Assembly: GCA_026397405.1 (NCBI GenBank)
Contig: JAPLUW010000001.1
Coordinates: 43,138 to 107,137, forward strand
Length of the DNA stretch: 64,000 bases
Direction of reading: 5' to 3'
Source of the DNA: Candidatus Adlerbacteria bacterium
Lineage (GTDB): Bacteria > Patescibacteriota > Minisyncoccia > Phycocordibacterales > SBAW01
A program made the position numbers and the translations under genes. Position 1 is the first letter of the stretch, and each line of letters begins with the position of its first letter. The notes under the pieces were generated by a model that saw only the letters and a program-made list of their open reading frames with translations, was not told the DNA's origin and did not search any database. Below are positions 18,309 to 27,569 of this stretch, piece after piece.

Positions 18309-18457
18309 ATGGTTCTTTTTATTGCTAATGCTTGGACCTTGTGCAGGTCATGACATCCACGAAATAAATTCGTGGAGGCTAGATTTGCACAAAACAATGT
18401 ACTAATTTCCCATGGAGCGAGTGCCAAGTTGGCACTCGCTCCCGGACACCGATGACG

Positions 18458-19261
18458 TTAGTCTTCGGTGTAGCTCTTGGGAGCGTAGAGATGCCCCGAA
18501 TTGTCTCCGATGACAACGCCATCGACGACGTAGAGCTTCTGGCCGGTGCATTCGTAGAGAATGGGACCGACCGGGGCGAAGGAGTAGACCTTCTCACCCG
18601 ACGCCTTCGTCCGAGCGTAGACACCAACCCGGCGCTTGCCCTTCACGAGAGCAACGGCGCACTCGGTCAGAGCGCTCTCGAAGATCTTCTGGGCGGTGAC
18701 AGTCACCCCAGAAGTTGCAGTGATCGCCGCGGTCACGTCTTCGACCGGAGCGTTCAGCACATCGCTCTTCGAGCCCGTCTTGAACGCATCGGCCAGAACA
18801 GCGGGCGAAACGCCGGGCGTAAAGACACGTCCGACGCCACCACCGGTCGAGACCGGCGCCGGAGCCTGTGCAACCTGCACAGGCGGAGCCGCGTGCGGAG
18901 CACCGTGAGGTGCACCAACCGGACGACGATCTTCCGGCTGGCCCTGAATGACTCCAGAGCGAGCCAGGTCACGGCGGTCGATGACCACCATGTTAGGATC
19001 CGCGACATGCGGAGTCTCGGCCCGGCGATCCGGCTGCCGGGACTGCACACCCGGCGGCGTGCCACGCGTATGCGTGGCCGTCCCGGGCTGGTTGTCGAAG
19101 GGGCAGAACGCCCCCACGGCAACCGGCTGCGAGCACTGGCAGGTAGCCTGCCCGACCTGGGCGTTCACGCGCACCCCCTGAAGGGTGCACTGGTAGCCCT
19201 GCGCCGAAGCGGAGAAGCCGACGAAGCCCAGGACAGTAGCGAGAGCGATTGACTTGATCAT
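18458..19261 (-). CDS. Secreted hypothetical protein on a strongly GC-rich island (about 65% GC).
   Basis: Signal peptide MIKSIALATVLGFVGFSASAQG, Cys-rich N-terminus, Pro/Ala-rich middle. The overlapping plus-strand ORF 18452..19252 is judged to be a GC artefact. Confidence 0.55.
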   Translation of the reverse strand: MIKSIALATVLGFVGFSASAQGYQCTLQGVRVNAQVGQATCQCSQPVAVGAFCPFDNQPGTATHTRGTPPGVQSRQPDRRAETPHVADPNMVVIDRRDLARSGVIQGQPEDRRPVGAPHGAPHAAPPVQVAQAPAPVSTGGGVGRVFTPGVSPAVLADAFKTGSKSDVLNAPVEDVTAAITATSGVTVTAQKIFESALTECAVALVKGKRRVGVYARTKASGEKVYSFAPVGPILYECTGQKLYVVDGVVIGDNSGHLYAPKSYTED

Positions 19262-19496
19262 GACGGTCTCCTTTCAAGAGACTGTGGGTTTGAGACCCGG
19301 TTGACTGATTGACTTACAACGAGCGAAAATTGCCGGTCCGAGAGATAAGATTCTAAGGCCTTAACTCACGGTACTTCCCAATTATAAACCCATTTAAGAT
19401 ATTTGTCAAGGGGTGTCGTTTGGGACACATTTGGAGGCCCCTGCCCGCCGGCAGGCAGGCTTGACAAGCCTTTTCAATTATGCTAGGGTTCCTGGT

Positions 19497-20666
19497 ATGT
19501 CAGAACACACAACCTTTAAGGACTGGGCGCTCCGCGTTATTTCTATACTCGGTCTTATCGCTATTTTGATCCTTGGCGCATGGGGCATTATCCAAATTGC
19601 CTTCGTACTCGCAGGGTTTTTAGGTAATGCAAGCGAGTCGGCATCAAACACTCCTGCTGTTACAAACACTGTCGTTAAAGTAGAACAGGTTATTGTCACT
19701 TCCCCTTCAACCATTACGTCGGGAGTTCCCTTTACACTTTCTTTCGCACATGAAAATGCAACAGGCAACTACAGCTACGGTATCTCCTACTCATGTGCAG
19801 CAGGCTTGAGCATTGCAGCCCCACTTCCAACCGGCGGTACACAAAACGTGCCGTGCGACACTCCGTTTAACTACACAAACGCTACTGCGCAGCAGCTCAC
19901 CGCAACACTTACCGGCAAGACACAGGTAAACACAACCTTTAGCGTTGGGGCAAAAAATCTAAGCACTCTTGCCATAACTGCAACGGGCACTGCCGGCGCA
20001 ACTGTGTTGCCAACTGTTTCAACCACAGCTGTAAAACCTGCAGCAACTACTCCCGCTGTGACAAAGCCTGCGGCAACTACACCCGGTAGCACCTACATTG
20101 CTGCAAAACGCACAACAACGTTGTACGGCCAGCCAGACTTGGCAGTGTCGACAGGCTCGGTTACACAAACAGGTGGACGCTACTCGGTGCAGTTTACTGT
20201 GCAGAACGTGGGCACCAATGTTACCCCTTCAAACTGGACCTTTAACGCAGTGTTGCCAACGTCACCTGCATATACCTACACGTCGGACGCACAGCGCGCA
20301 CTCTACCCGGGAGACAAAATTGTCTACACTCTTGGCTTTACAATCTCGCCTGGCGGCGGACAGGTGCAAAATAATTCGTACTCGGCCTACACTGTAAACA
20401 ATCCCTCATACGGCTACCAATATCAGTACGGCAACCAAAACGGTGCGTACACCTACCCTGCAAACTGCGCATACACAAACAACTACACCTACAACGGCCA
20501 GTACACCTACCCTGGCGCTGCGTTTGGATGCACCACAAACAACACTGGCTACAACGCCAACTACAATTACGGATATTCAAACGGCACAATGACAGTGCAG
20601 GTTGACCCATACAACTACGTGTACGAAAGTTCAGAAAACAACAACGCGGTAAACATCTCGCTCTAA
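19497..20666 (+). CDS. Membrane-anchored extracellular protein with a Thr/Ala/Pro-rich linker and a CARDB-like beta-sandwich domain.
   Basis: N-terminal TM (ISILGLIAILILGAWGII). CARDB-like stretch YSVQFTVQNVGTNVTPSNWTFNAVLP and terminal VDPYNYVYESSENNNAV. Start chosen at the ATG at 19497; the ORF could begin at 19413. Confidence 0.55.
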   Translation: MSEHTTFKDWALRVISILGLIAILILGAWGIIQIAFVLAGFLGNASESASNTPAVTNTVVKVEQVIVTSPSTITSGVPFTLSFAHENATGNYSYGISYSCAAGLSIAAPLPTGGTQNVPCDTPFNYTNATAQQLTATLTGKTQVNTTFSVGAKNLSTLAITATGTAGATVLPTVSTTAVKPAATTPAVTKPAATTPGSTYIAAKRTTTLYGQPDLAVSTGSVTQTGGRYSVQFTVQNVGTNVTPSNWTFNAVLPTSPAYTYTSDAQRALYPGDKIVYTLGFTISPGGGQVQNNSYSAYTVNNPSYGYQYQYGNQNGAYTYPANCAYTNNYTYNGQYTYPGAAFGCTTNNTGYNANYNYGYSNGTMTVQVDPYNYVYESSENNNAVNISL

Positions 20667-20680
20667 ATCGAGAAATAGAA

Positions 20681-20757
20681 AAACAAAACACCTATAAAAG
20701 TGTGCGCTCCGGGCCGCTAGGCCGAGTCCAACCCACTTTTATAGGTGTTTTGTTTTG
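20681..20757. terminator. Very long perfect hairpin (23-bp stem, 31-nt GC-rich loop) between convergent genes. Probable bidirectional terminator or structured RNA element.
   Basis: AAAACAAAACACCTATAAAAGTG ... CACTTTTATAGGTGTTTTGTTTT. Confidence 0.6.
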
Positions 20758-20763
20758 TAGATA

Positions 20764-22851
20764 TTAAATATCCAAGTTTGCGCTGCGTGCGTTGCTTTGG
20801 ATAAACGACTTACGTGACGGCACGTCTTCGCCCATCAAGATTTCAAATATACGGTCAGCGTCGGCTGCGTCTGTAATGTTGACCTGCTTCAAGATGCGGT
20901 TTGCTGGGTTCATCGTTGTCTCCCACAGCTCGTCGGGGTTCATTTCTCCAAGACCTTTGTAGCGCTGGATACGAAATTTATTTGAACTCTTTTTAGACTT
21001 CGCAGAGCTCTCCGCGTCAGCCTCGGGCTCCGTATCCGAGTTCTGCTCAGCCGCCTCTTCCTCACCTTCACCTTCTATTTCAATCTCAGCGTCTTTGCCA
21101 AGCACTTTGTTTTTTTCCTCGTCAGAATATACATACTGCGCGCTTTTACCACGTGAGATTTTGTACAGCGGCGGTTGGGCAATGTAGACAAAGCCCCCGT
21201 CCACAATCGGTTTAAAGTGGCGGTACAACAACGTCAAAAGAAGTGTGCGGATGTGCGCACCGTCCACGTCGGCGTCGGTTGCGATAATTATTTTATGGTA
21301 GCGAAGTTTTTCTAAATTAAAGGTTTCGCCAATGGCTGTGCCGAGCGCCACAACCAAGTTTTTTATTTGCTCGGAGGCTAGCATTTTGTCCAAACGTGCG
21401 CGTTCAACGTTTAAAATTTTACCGCGCAGTGGAAGTATTGCCTGTATACGGCGGTCGCGACCCTGCTTGGCCGAGCCACCTGCCGAGTCTCCTTCCACAA
21501 CAAACAGCTCCGACTCTGACGCGTCTTTGCTTTGGCAGTCGGCAAGTTTGCCTGGCAGTGTCATGCCTTCGAGTGCGCCCTTGCGGAGTACCGAGTCTTT
21601 TGCGGCCTTTGCTGCCTTGCGAGCCTTAAGTGCAAGAATAGATTTCTGGATGATTGCCCGCGCATCGTCGGGGTTTTCCTCCATAAATTCGTTAAACGCT
21701 TCAGCAAACACACCGGCCACAGCAGCCTGTGCTTCCACACTGCCAAGCTTGCCCTTGGTCTGACCTTCAAACTGAATTTCTGCAAGCTTTACGGAAATAA
21801 CTGCGGTCAAACCTTCAAGCACGTCGTCGCCTGTCAGGTTTTCTTCGCTTTCTTTCAAGACATTATTTTTGCGACCGTAGGCATTAAGCGTACGAGTCAG
21901 TGCAGTTTTAAAACCGGTAACGTGCGTACCGCCTTCGGCGGTGTAGATATTGTTTGCAAACGGGAACACACGCGACGAAATGTCATCGGTATATTGCAAC
22001 GCAATTTCAACCGCAACGTTGTCCTGCTCTTTTTCGATATAGAAAATATTTTTATGAACGGGCTTTTGGTAGCGGTTGTGGAACGAAATAAGCGAACGCA
22101 AGCCGCCTTCGAAATAAAATGTCTGCGACGGATAGTCGTGGAGCTGGTCGCGGATAAAAAGTTCGTCTCCAGCTTTCGGAAGCTTCATCCCGCTTTTACG
22201 AGCATCGATGATAGTGATACGCAGCCCCTTTACCAAGTACGCTTGTTCGCGCAAGTGCGACACTATTTTGTCGAAGTTAAATTCAACAGTTGAAAAAATG
22301 CTCGGGTCAGCCTGGAAGGAAGTAACCGTGCCGTGCAATTTTGACGAGCCAATTTTTTTGACCGCGGCCTTCTTTTTACCTATGGCATATTCCTGCACAT
22401 GGGCGCCGCCGTCGCGATGGACTTCTGCACGCAAGTAGGTCGAAAGCGCGTTAACAACCGACGCACCTACGCCGTGCAAACCGCCCGAGACCTTGTACCC
22501 TTCGCCACCGAATTTACCGCCGGCGTGCAGCGTAGTCATGATTGTTTCCAAGGCAGAAACTTTGGTTGCTTTGTGTACGTCTACCGGGATACCGCGGCCG
22601 TTGTCGGCAACGCGGATAGTTGCAGCACCACCCTCTTCGCCAGGCAAAAGCACCACTTCAATATCGTCGGCAAAACCGCCCATGGCTTCGTCGCGGGAGT
22701 TGTCGAAGACTTCCCAAATAAGGTGGTGCAGACCGTCGGGACCCGTAGTCCCAATGTACATGCCCGGCCGGCGGCGTACTGCCTCCAAGCCTTCAAGGAC
22801 GGTAATAGACGACGCGTCGTAATTAGATTTCTTCGCTTTTTCAGCTGCCAT
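20764..22851 (-). CDS. gyrB: DNA gyrase subunit B.
   Basis: GHKL ATPase N-terminus (LEGLEAVRRRPGMYIGTTG...HHLIWEVFDNSRDEAMGG), TOPRIM domain (EGDSAGGSAKQGRDR), plus an acidic insert near the C-terminus. Confidence 0.95.
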   Translation of the reverse strand: MAAEKAKKSNYDASSITVLEGLEAVRRRPGMYIGTTGPDGLHHLIWEVFDNSRDEAMGGFADDIEVVLLPGEEGGAATIRVADNGRGIPVDVHKATKVSALETIMTTLHAGGKFGGEGYKVSGGLHGVGASVVNALSTYLRAEVHRDGGAHVQEYAIGKKKAAVKKIGSSKLHGTVTSFQADPSIFSTVEFNFDKIVSHLREQAYLVKGLRITIIDARKSGMKLPKAGDELFIRDQLHDYPSQTFYFEGGLRSLISFHNRYQKPVHKNIFYIEKEQDNVAVEIALQYTDDISSRVFPFANNIYTAEGGTHVTGFKTALTRTLNAYGRKNNVLKESEENLTGDDVLEGLTAVISVKLAEIQFEGQTKGKLGSVEAQAAVAGVFAEAFNEFMEENPDDARAIIQKSILALKARKAAKAAKDSVLRKGALEGMTLPGKLADCQSKDASESELFVVEGDSAGGSAKQGRDRRIQAILPLRGKILNVERARLDKMLASEQIKNLVVALGTAIGETFNLEKLRYHKIIIATDADVDGAHIRTLLLTLLYRHFKPIVDGGFVYIAQPPLYKISRGKSAQYVYSDEEKNKVLGKDAEIEIEGEGEEEAAEQNSDTEPEADAESSAKSKKSSNKFRIQRYKGLGEMNPDELWETTMNPANRILKQVNITDAADADRIFEILMGEDVPSRKSFIQSNARSANLDI

Positions 22852-22876
22852 AATGTCCCTTTATTCTACCAAATTT

Positions 22877-24697
22877 TTAGCGAACCTCAAAGCCCTTTCC
22901 CACCAAAATATGGCTTATTTCTTCCATTATTTTGTTGACTTCGACTTCAGTTAGTGTCCTGTCAAACGACTGGAAAATAAGGCGAAATGCGAGCGAAGTT
23001 TTTTCACCTTTGCTGAATGTGTCGAAGAGAGAAATTTTTGAACACAGCTCCCCCGCTTCTGTCTTTATCATCTCCGCAACATTTTTTTCGTCAGTCCCGG
23101 CAGGTGTCCAAAATGCCACGTCGCGCACAATGTATGGGTACTTTGAAAACGGTATGTATTGCACCGCTGTTGAAAGTGGCAAGTTTTGGTATTCAGCAGG
23201 AAACACATCCGGCGCATGCATCTGGAGAGGCTCTTCCATAGCTGGTTCTTTTTCGGTCACGATTCCGACCATCTGTACTTCCTTTCCATCATTCCCGCCT
23301 CGACTCGACGTCTCCGGCGAGGCGGGCCACACGACTCCAATTTCGAAAAGTTTTACTTCTTTTAGTCCCAGCAATTCTTTGTTTGGGATATTTTTCTTGC
23401 ACGCAGCGTTGAGTCCGTCGACAAGCGTGGTGCGTAGGTACGGGTTAACGCCGTCGACTTTATTTAAGACGACCCTCTCCCCTTTCGGTGCAAAAACACT
23501 AGTAAAGACTTCCGAGTATCCTGCCGCAAGCAACTCTTCGCGAACTTTTTCTGCTGTGTAAAAGTTTTGATTTATTTCAGGAGTTTTCTCAAATGTCGGA
23601 AGCGGAGTTGCGGGGATTTTGTCGTAGCCAACAATACGGCCAACTTCTTCGATCAAGTCTTCAGCAATAATCAAGTCGAGCCGCTCAAATGGTGGCTGCA
23701 CTTCAAACACGCCCTCCTGCTCTTTATATGCAAGACCGAGGCGCGTAAACACGTCAGCAATATCTGCACCGGTAAAATCAGCACCCAAGACTTTGTTTAT
23801 CTGCTCGACCGTAACTGCAACGTAGGTTTGTTTCTGCGGCTCTGGGTATACATCTACAAAGCCTTGCACCTCGCCGCCGATTTGGTGTGCAATAAATTCC
23901 AACATCCCTTTCATACCTTCTGCTGCAAGTCCGGGAGAGATTCCTTGTTCGAACCGTGCCGATGCATCGGTGCGCAATTTTAGTGCCGCGGCACTTTTGC
24001 GCACAGTAACTCCGTCAAAATTTGCTGACTCGATAACGATATCTTGTGTGTCTGCCGTAATACCTGCAGGCATACCACCTTTGATACCTGCAATACCAAC
24101 AGGTATGTCACCTGCAGTTATCACAAGCGTTGAGTCATTTAGTGTGTATTCTTTTTCATCGAGTGCGAGCATTTTCTCGCCTGCTTTTGCCAGGCGCACC
24201 CCAATGTCCAAGCTGCCCAATTTGCGTGCATCAAACGCATGCAAGGGCTGGCCTGTGTTAAACATCACAAAGTTTGTCGCATCGACAACGTTGTTTATGG
24301 AGCGTTGGCCAATTGCTTCGAGTCTTTCCTTCAACCACTTTGGTGAGGGCCCTACTTTTACACCTTTTATGTAGCCGGCAATATAGCGTTTACACAAATT
24401 ACTTTGTATCGAAACAGAGACTTCAGCGGTCTTTTTAGAAAGATCTCCACTAACAGCAAAAGGGTCATGCGCAAGCGGGAGTTTTAAAATTGCCGAAAGC
24501 TCTTTTGCGATACCGCGGTGCGAAAGGGCGTCGTGTCCGCGGTTTGGGGTGACTTTTACATCCAGTACTTCATCCTCGCCCACTTTTTCAACCCCATCTA
24601 TTTCAAATGCATGGAATGTAAGTGCGTCGGAAAGTTTCTCTGCGTCAGGCAAAGGTGCATCAAAAAATTTATCTAGCCAGAGTTTGCTTACTTTCAT
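22877..24697 (-). CDS. pheT: Phenylalanyl-tRNA synthetase beta subunit (short form, 606 aa).
   Basis: N-terminus MKVSKLWLDKFF... (tRNA-binding domain), B3/4 and B5 domains, and a C-terminal FDX-ACB-like region. Directly upstream of pheS. Confidence 0.88.
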   Translation of the reverse strand: MKVSKLWLDKFFDAPLPDAEKLSDALTFHAFEIDGVEKVGEDEVLDVKVTPNRGHDALSHRGIAKELSAILKLPLAHDPFAVSGDLSKKTAEVSVSIQSNLCKRYIAGYIKGVKVGPSPKWLKERLEAIGQRSINNVVDATNFVMFNTGQPLHAFDARKLGSLDIGVRLAKAGEKMLALDEKEYTLNDSTLVITAGDIPVGIAGIKGGMPAGITADTQDIVIESANFDGVTVRKSAAALKLRTDASARFEQGISPGLAAEGMKGMLEFIAHQIGGEVQGFVDVYPEPQKQTYVAVTVEQINKVLGADFTGADIADVFTRLGLAYKEQEGVFEVQPPFERLDLIIAEDLIEEVGRIVGYDKIPATPLPTFEKTPEINQNFYTAEKVREELLAAGYSEVFTSVFAPKGERVVLNKVDGVNPYLRTTLVDGLNAACKKNIPNKELLGLKEVKLFEIGVVWPASPETSSRGGNDGKEVQMVGIVTEKEPAMEEPLQMHAPDVFPAEYQNLPLSTAVQYIPFSKYPYIVRDVAFWTPAGTDEKNVAEMIKTEAGELCSKISLFDTFSKGEKTSLAFRLIFQSFDRTLTEVEVNKIMEEISHILVGKGFEVR

Positions 24698-24701
24698 ATA
24701 A

Positions 24702-25448
24702 TTAAAACTGGTTTACAAACCGCAGGTCAGCCAAATGCATCAAACGGATGTCGTCGATTGCCCAACGCAAAATAGCCAAACGGTCGAGACCCATGCCGAA
24801 TGCAAACCCACGATATTTCTGTGGGTCGAGGCCGGCATTTTTGATAACGTTTGGGTGCACCATACCTGCACCCATCATCTCGATCCATTTATTGCGGAGT
24901 TTCTCTGGAACTTTTTCGCCCACCAGGCGCATATCCACCTCAACGCTAGGTTCGGTAAACGGAAAAAAGCTCGGGCGGAACCGTACTTCGACTTCCACAC
25001 CTTTAAATAATTCTTTAAAAAATTGTTCGAGAGTGCCTTTCAAGTGCCCGAGTGTAATATCTTCTCCCACAGCAAGTCCTTCGATTTGAAAAAACTCCGC
25101 TTCATGCGTCATGTCGGTGGCTTCGTTGCGGAACACTTTCCCAGGCACAATAACTCGGTACGGTGGTTGAATATTTTTCTGTAATTGTGCTTCCATGTAG
25201 CGAACCTGCACAGGTGAGGTGTGTGTGCGCAGTACCGTCTCTTTTTCGTCCTTAACAAAAAAAGTATCCTGCATATCGCGGGCTGGGTGGTCCTTGGGTA
25301 CGTTAAGCGCGTCAAAGTTGTACCACTCCTTTTCCACGAGAGGGCCTTCGGCAAAGGTAAAACCCATCTCGGAGAAGATGTTGTTGGCTTCGCGTATGAG
25401 CGAGCTTATTGGGTGCAGGTGTCCGCGCGACGTTTCCATAAACAGCAT
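24702..25448 (-). CDS. pheS: Phenylalanyl-tRNA synthetase alpha subunit (catalytic core only, 248 aa).
   Basis: Class II motifs HPARDMQDTFF, FRNEATDMTHEAEFFQIEG and GFAFGMGLDRLA. Confidence 0.9.
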   Translation of the reverse strand: MLFMETSRGHLHPISSLIREANNIFSEMGFTFAEGPLVEKEWYNFDALNVPKDHPARDMQDTFFVKDEKETVLRTHTSPVQVRYMEAQLQKNIQPPYRVIVPGKVFRNEATDMTHEAEFFQIEGLAVGEDITLGHLKGTLEQFFKELFKGVEVEVRFRPSFFPFTEPSVEVDMRLVGEKVPEKLRNKWIEMMGAGMVHPNVIKNAGLDPQKYRGFAFGMGLDRLAILRWAIDDIRLMHLADLRFVNQF

Positions 25449-25467
25449 TATACGGTATAATCGTCAA

Positions 25468-26700
25468 ATGGACATCGGGGCATTTGGCATATATATATGC
25501 CTGTTTATTGGGCTTTATTTCGAGGTGTTCCTCCTTATTTCGTTCTTGGAGAGACGCCCCGAGGTAAAGTCTGCGGCTACGCCAAAACGCTACCCAAGCG
25601 TCTCTATTTTGGTGCCTTCGTTTAATGAAGAAAAAACAATAGCAGGAACCCTGCAGTCCCTGCTTGACCTGACCTACCCAAAAGACAAACTTGAAATAGT
25701 AGTGATTAACGACGGCTCAAAAGACAAAACAGCCGAAATCGCAGCACGTTTTGCCGCTGAACACCCGCAAATAAAACTCCTCAATAAAGAAAACGGCGGG
25801 AAATACACAGCTCTCAACGTAGGTATTGAACATTCGAGCGCCGAACTTATCGGTTGTCTCGACGCAGATTCCTTCGTTGCAAAAGACGCACTCGTGGAAG
25901 CAGTAAAGCAGTTTGAAACAGACTCCTCTATTATGGCTATTACTCCAGCGATGAAAGTGTACCAACCACGCAAAGTTCTTGAACTCATGCAGTCTGTTGA
26001 ATATATGTTCGGCATCTTTTATAAAAAAATGTTTGACAACCTTTCTGCAATTAACGTGCTCCCTGGACCTTTTTCAATATATAAAAGCGATGTGTTTAGA
26101 AAGATAGGCGGCTTTAAACATGCACACAATACCGAGGATATGGAGATAACCTTCCGCATGCACGCGCACGGTCTGCGCATCGCCAACGCCCATACAGCGC
26201 TTGTATACACAACCGTACCAAACACGGTTGCCGCATTGGTTAAACAACGCACCCGTTGGTCGCAAGGATTCCTGCAAAACTCCCGTGACTATTCATATAT
26301 GTTTTTCAATCCGCGTTTTGGTAATTTTGGCATGCTGGTACTCCCCTTCGGGCTCATCGCCTTTTGCGCCGGGCTCTACACAGCAAGCTACGCTTTATAC
26401 CGCGCCGTAAGCTTTGTCCTAACCCGAGCGCTCGACATGTTTGCCACACACATACCACCACACCTATCCACGCCGCATCTGCAATGGTTTTATATCAACA
26501 CAAGCATGATGACCTTCCTGGTTATTACGGTGCTTGGCATGACATTTGTCGCAATATTCCTTGGGCAGCACATTACAAAAAGCCGGCTTTCAATTACCTC
26601 TTTTGTTTCCTACTTTGTTTTGTTTGGATTAATCGCACCGCTATGGCTTGCCCGCGCAGCATGGGGAGCACTTCGCGCACAGGAAAGCGCCTGGAGATAA
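25468..26700 (+). CDS. Family-2 glycosyltransferase of the processive NodC/cellulose-synthase/hyaluronan-synthase type, integral membrane.
   Basis: VLVPSFNEEKTI...VINDGSKD...DADS (DxD) and QRTRWSQGFLQ (QxxRW), with TM helices at both ends. Start at the ATG at 25468, because the longer ORF overlaps pheS on the other strand. Confidence 0.8.
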   Translation: MDIGAFGIYICLFIGLYFEVFLLISFLERRPEVKSAATPKRYPSVSILVPSFNEEKTIAGTLQSLLDLTYPKDKLEIVVINDGSKDKTAEIAARFAAEHPQIKLLNKENGGKYTALNVGIEHSSAELIGCLDADSFVAKDALVEAVKQFETDSSIMAITPAMKVYQPRKVLELMQSVEYMFGIFYKKMFDNLSAINVLPGPFSIYKSDVFRKIGGFKHAHNTEDMEITFRMHAHGLRIANAHTALVYTTVPNTVAALVKQRTRWSQGFLQNSRDYSYMFFNPRFGNFGMLVLPFGLIAFCAGLYTASYALYRAVSFVLTRALDMFATHIPPHLSTPHLQWFYINTSMMTFLVITVLGMTFVAIFLGQHITKSRLSITSFVSYFVLFGLIAPLWLARAAWGALRAQESAWR

Positions 26701-26704
26701 TACT

Positions 26705-27388
26705 ATGGCTTGGAAAAGATACATTTTAGCGTTTTGTATTACTGCCGCTATTTTTGGCACAGCATTTTATATTGCGCAGCGCATTGATGCAGGGCGCATT
26801 GCGGACATCCGGGCAACGGAAGAAAGTATTTCGATCGACATCCTTTCGAGCGAAACACAGTTTGAACTGCTCGGGCACCTCGACTGCAAAATAATTGCCG
26901 AAAACCCAGTGCTTTCAGACGAGCTTAACTCTCTCGCATCCCGACTTTCTGTCGCAGAAGAAAATTTGGGCGCTACCAACAAAGAGGTTATCAATTTGAA
27001 AGAGCAATATTCCCTACTTGAAATTAAAGACTATCTTTTGCTGCAGCAAATTTCAGAAAAATGCCATTCGAAGCCAGTCTTCGTGCTGTACTTTTACTCT
27101 AACGCAGGTGACTGCAAAGACTGCGGCCGCATGGGGCAAGAGCTTTCCTACTTGCGAGAAATTTACCCAGGACTCCGCGTATATTCGTTCGACTACAACT
27201 TAGACCTCTCGGCAGTAAAAACACTTATTGCATTACAAAAACTACAAGGCCCGTTGCCTGCATTTATAGTTAATAACCGCGCACCGGTGTACGGTTTTAA
27301 AACCCTCGACGAGGTTGAAAAACTTATCCCAGAGCTAAAGACCCTCGCAACCTCAACCGCCGCAACTTCTACAAAAGCTTCAAACTAG
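26705..27388 (+). CDS. Membrane-anchored protein with a thioredoxin-like CxxC motif (CKDC).
   Basis: N-terminal TM (YILAFCITAAIFGTAFYIA). VLYFYSNAGDCKDCGRMGQEL. Start at the ATG at 26705, 5 nt after the GT2 stop. Confidence 0.45.
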   Translation: MAWKRYILAFCITAAIFGTAFYIAQRIDAGRIADIRATEESISIDILSSETQFELLGHLDCKIIAENPVLSDELNSLASRLSVAEENLGATNKEVINLKEQYSLLEIKDYLLLQQISEKCHSKPVFVLYFYSNAGDCKDCGRMGQELSYLREIYPGLRVYSFDYNLDLSAVKTLIALQKLQGPLPAFIVNNRAPVYGFKTLDEVEKLIPELKTLATSTAATSTKASN

Positions 27389-27390
27389 AC

Positions 27391-27409
27391 TTTGGAGCCG
27401 CCTCCCAGA
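27391..27409. repeat. 19-nt direct duplicate of the 3' end of tRNA-Thr (TTTGGAGCCGCCTCCCAGA). The second copy lies at 27484..27502 inside the tRNA.
   Basis: Exact 19/19 match, 93 bp apart. It covers the CCA, the acceptor 3' strand and the start of the T-arm. Confidence 0.7.
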
Positions 27410-27485
27410 ACCTCACATCCTCGGAAACCCGCGGTTTTCCGACGCTTCGCTGCCTTCCTCCACGAGGAAAATTTATTCTAAATTT

Positions 27486-27561
27486 TGGAGCCGCCTCCCA
27501 GATTTGAACTGGGGACCTTCTCTTTACAAAAGAGTTGCTCTACCAACTGAGCTAAGGCGGC
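27486..27561 (-). tRNA. tRNA-Thr (anticodon UGU), CCA encoded, discriminator U.
   Basis: Reverse complement reads GCCGCCTTAGCTCAGTTGGTAGAGCAACTCTTTTGTAAAGAGAAGGTCCCCAGTTCAAATCTGGGAGGCGGCTCCA. It forms a 7-bp acceptor stem, GTTCAAATC T-loop and anticodon loop UUUGUAA. Confidence 0.85.
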
Positions 27562-27569
27562 ACGTGCTA

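Noticed and set aside
18452-19252. 266-aa plus-strand ORF overlapping the GC-rich secreted-protein gene
   Set aside because: At 65% GC, stop codons are rare in all frames. The minus-strand frame has a textbook signal peptide and terminator. The plus frame is Arg/Asp-rich with no features.
21332-22293. 143-aa and 253-aa plus-strand ORFs inside gyrB
   Set aside because: Antisense to a highly conserved gene. Cys/Phe-rich translation typical of antisense frames.
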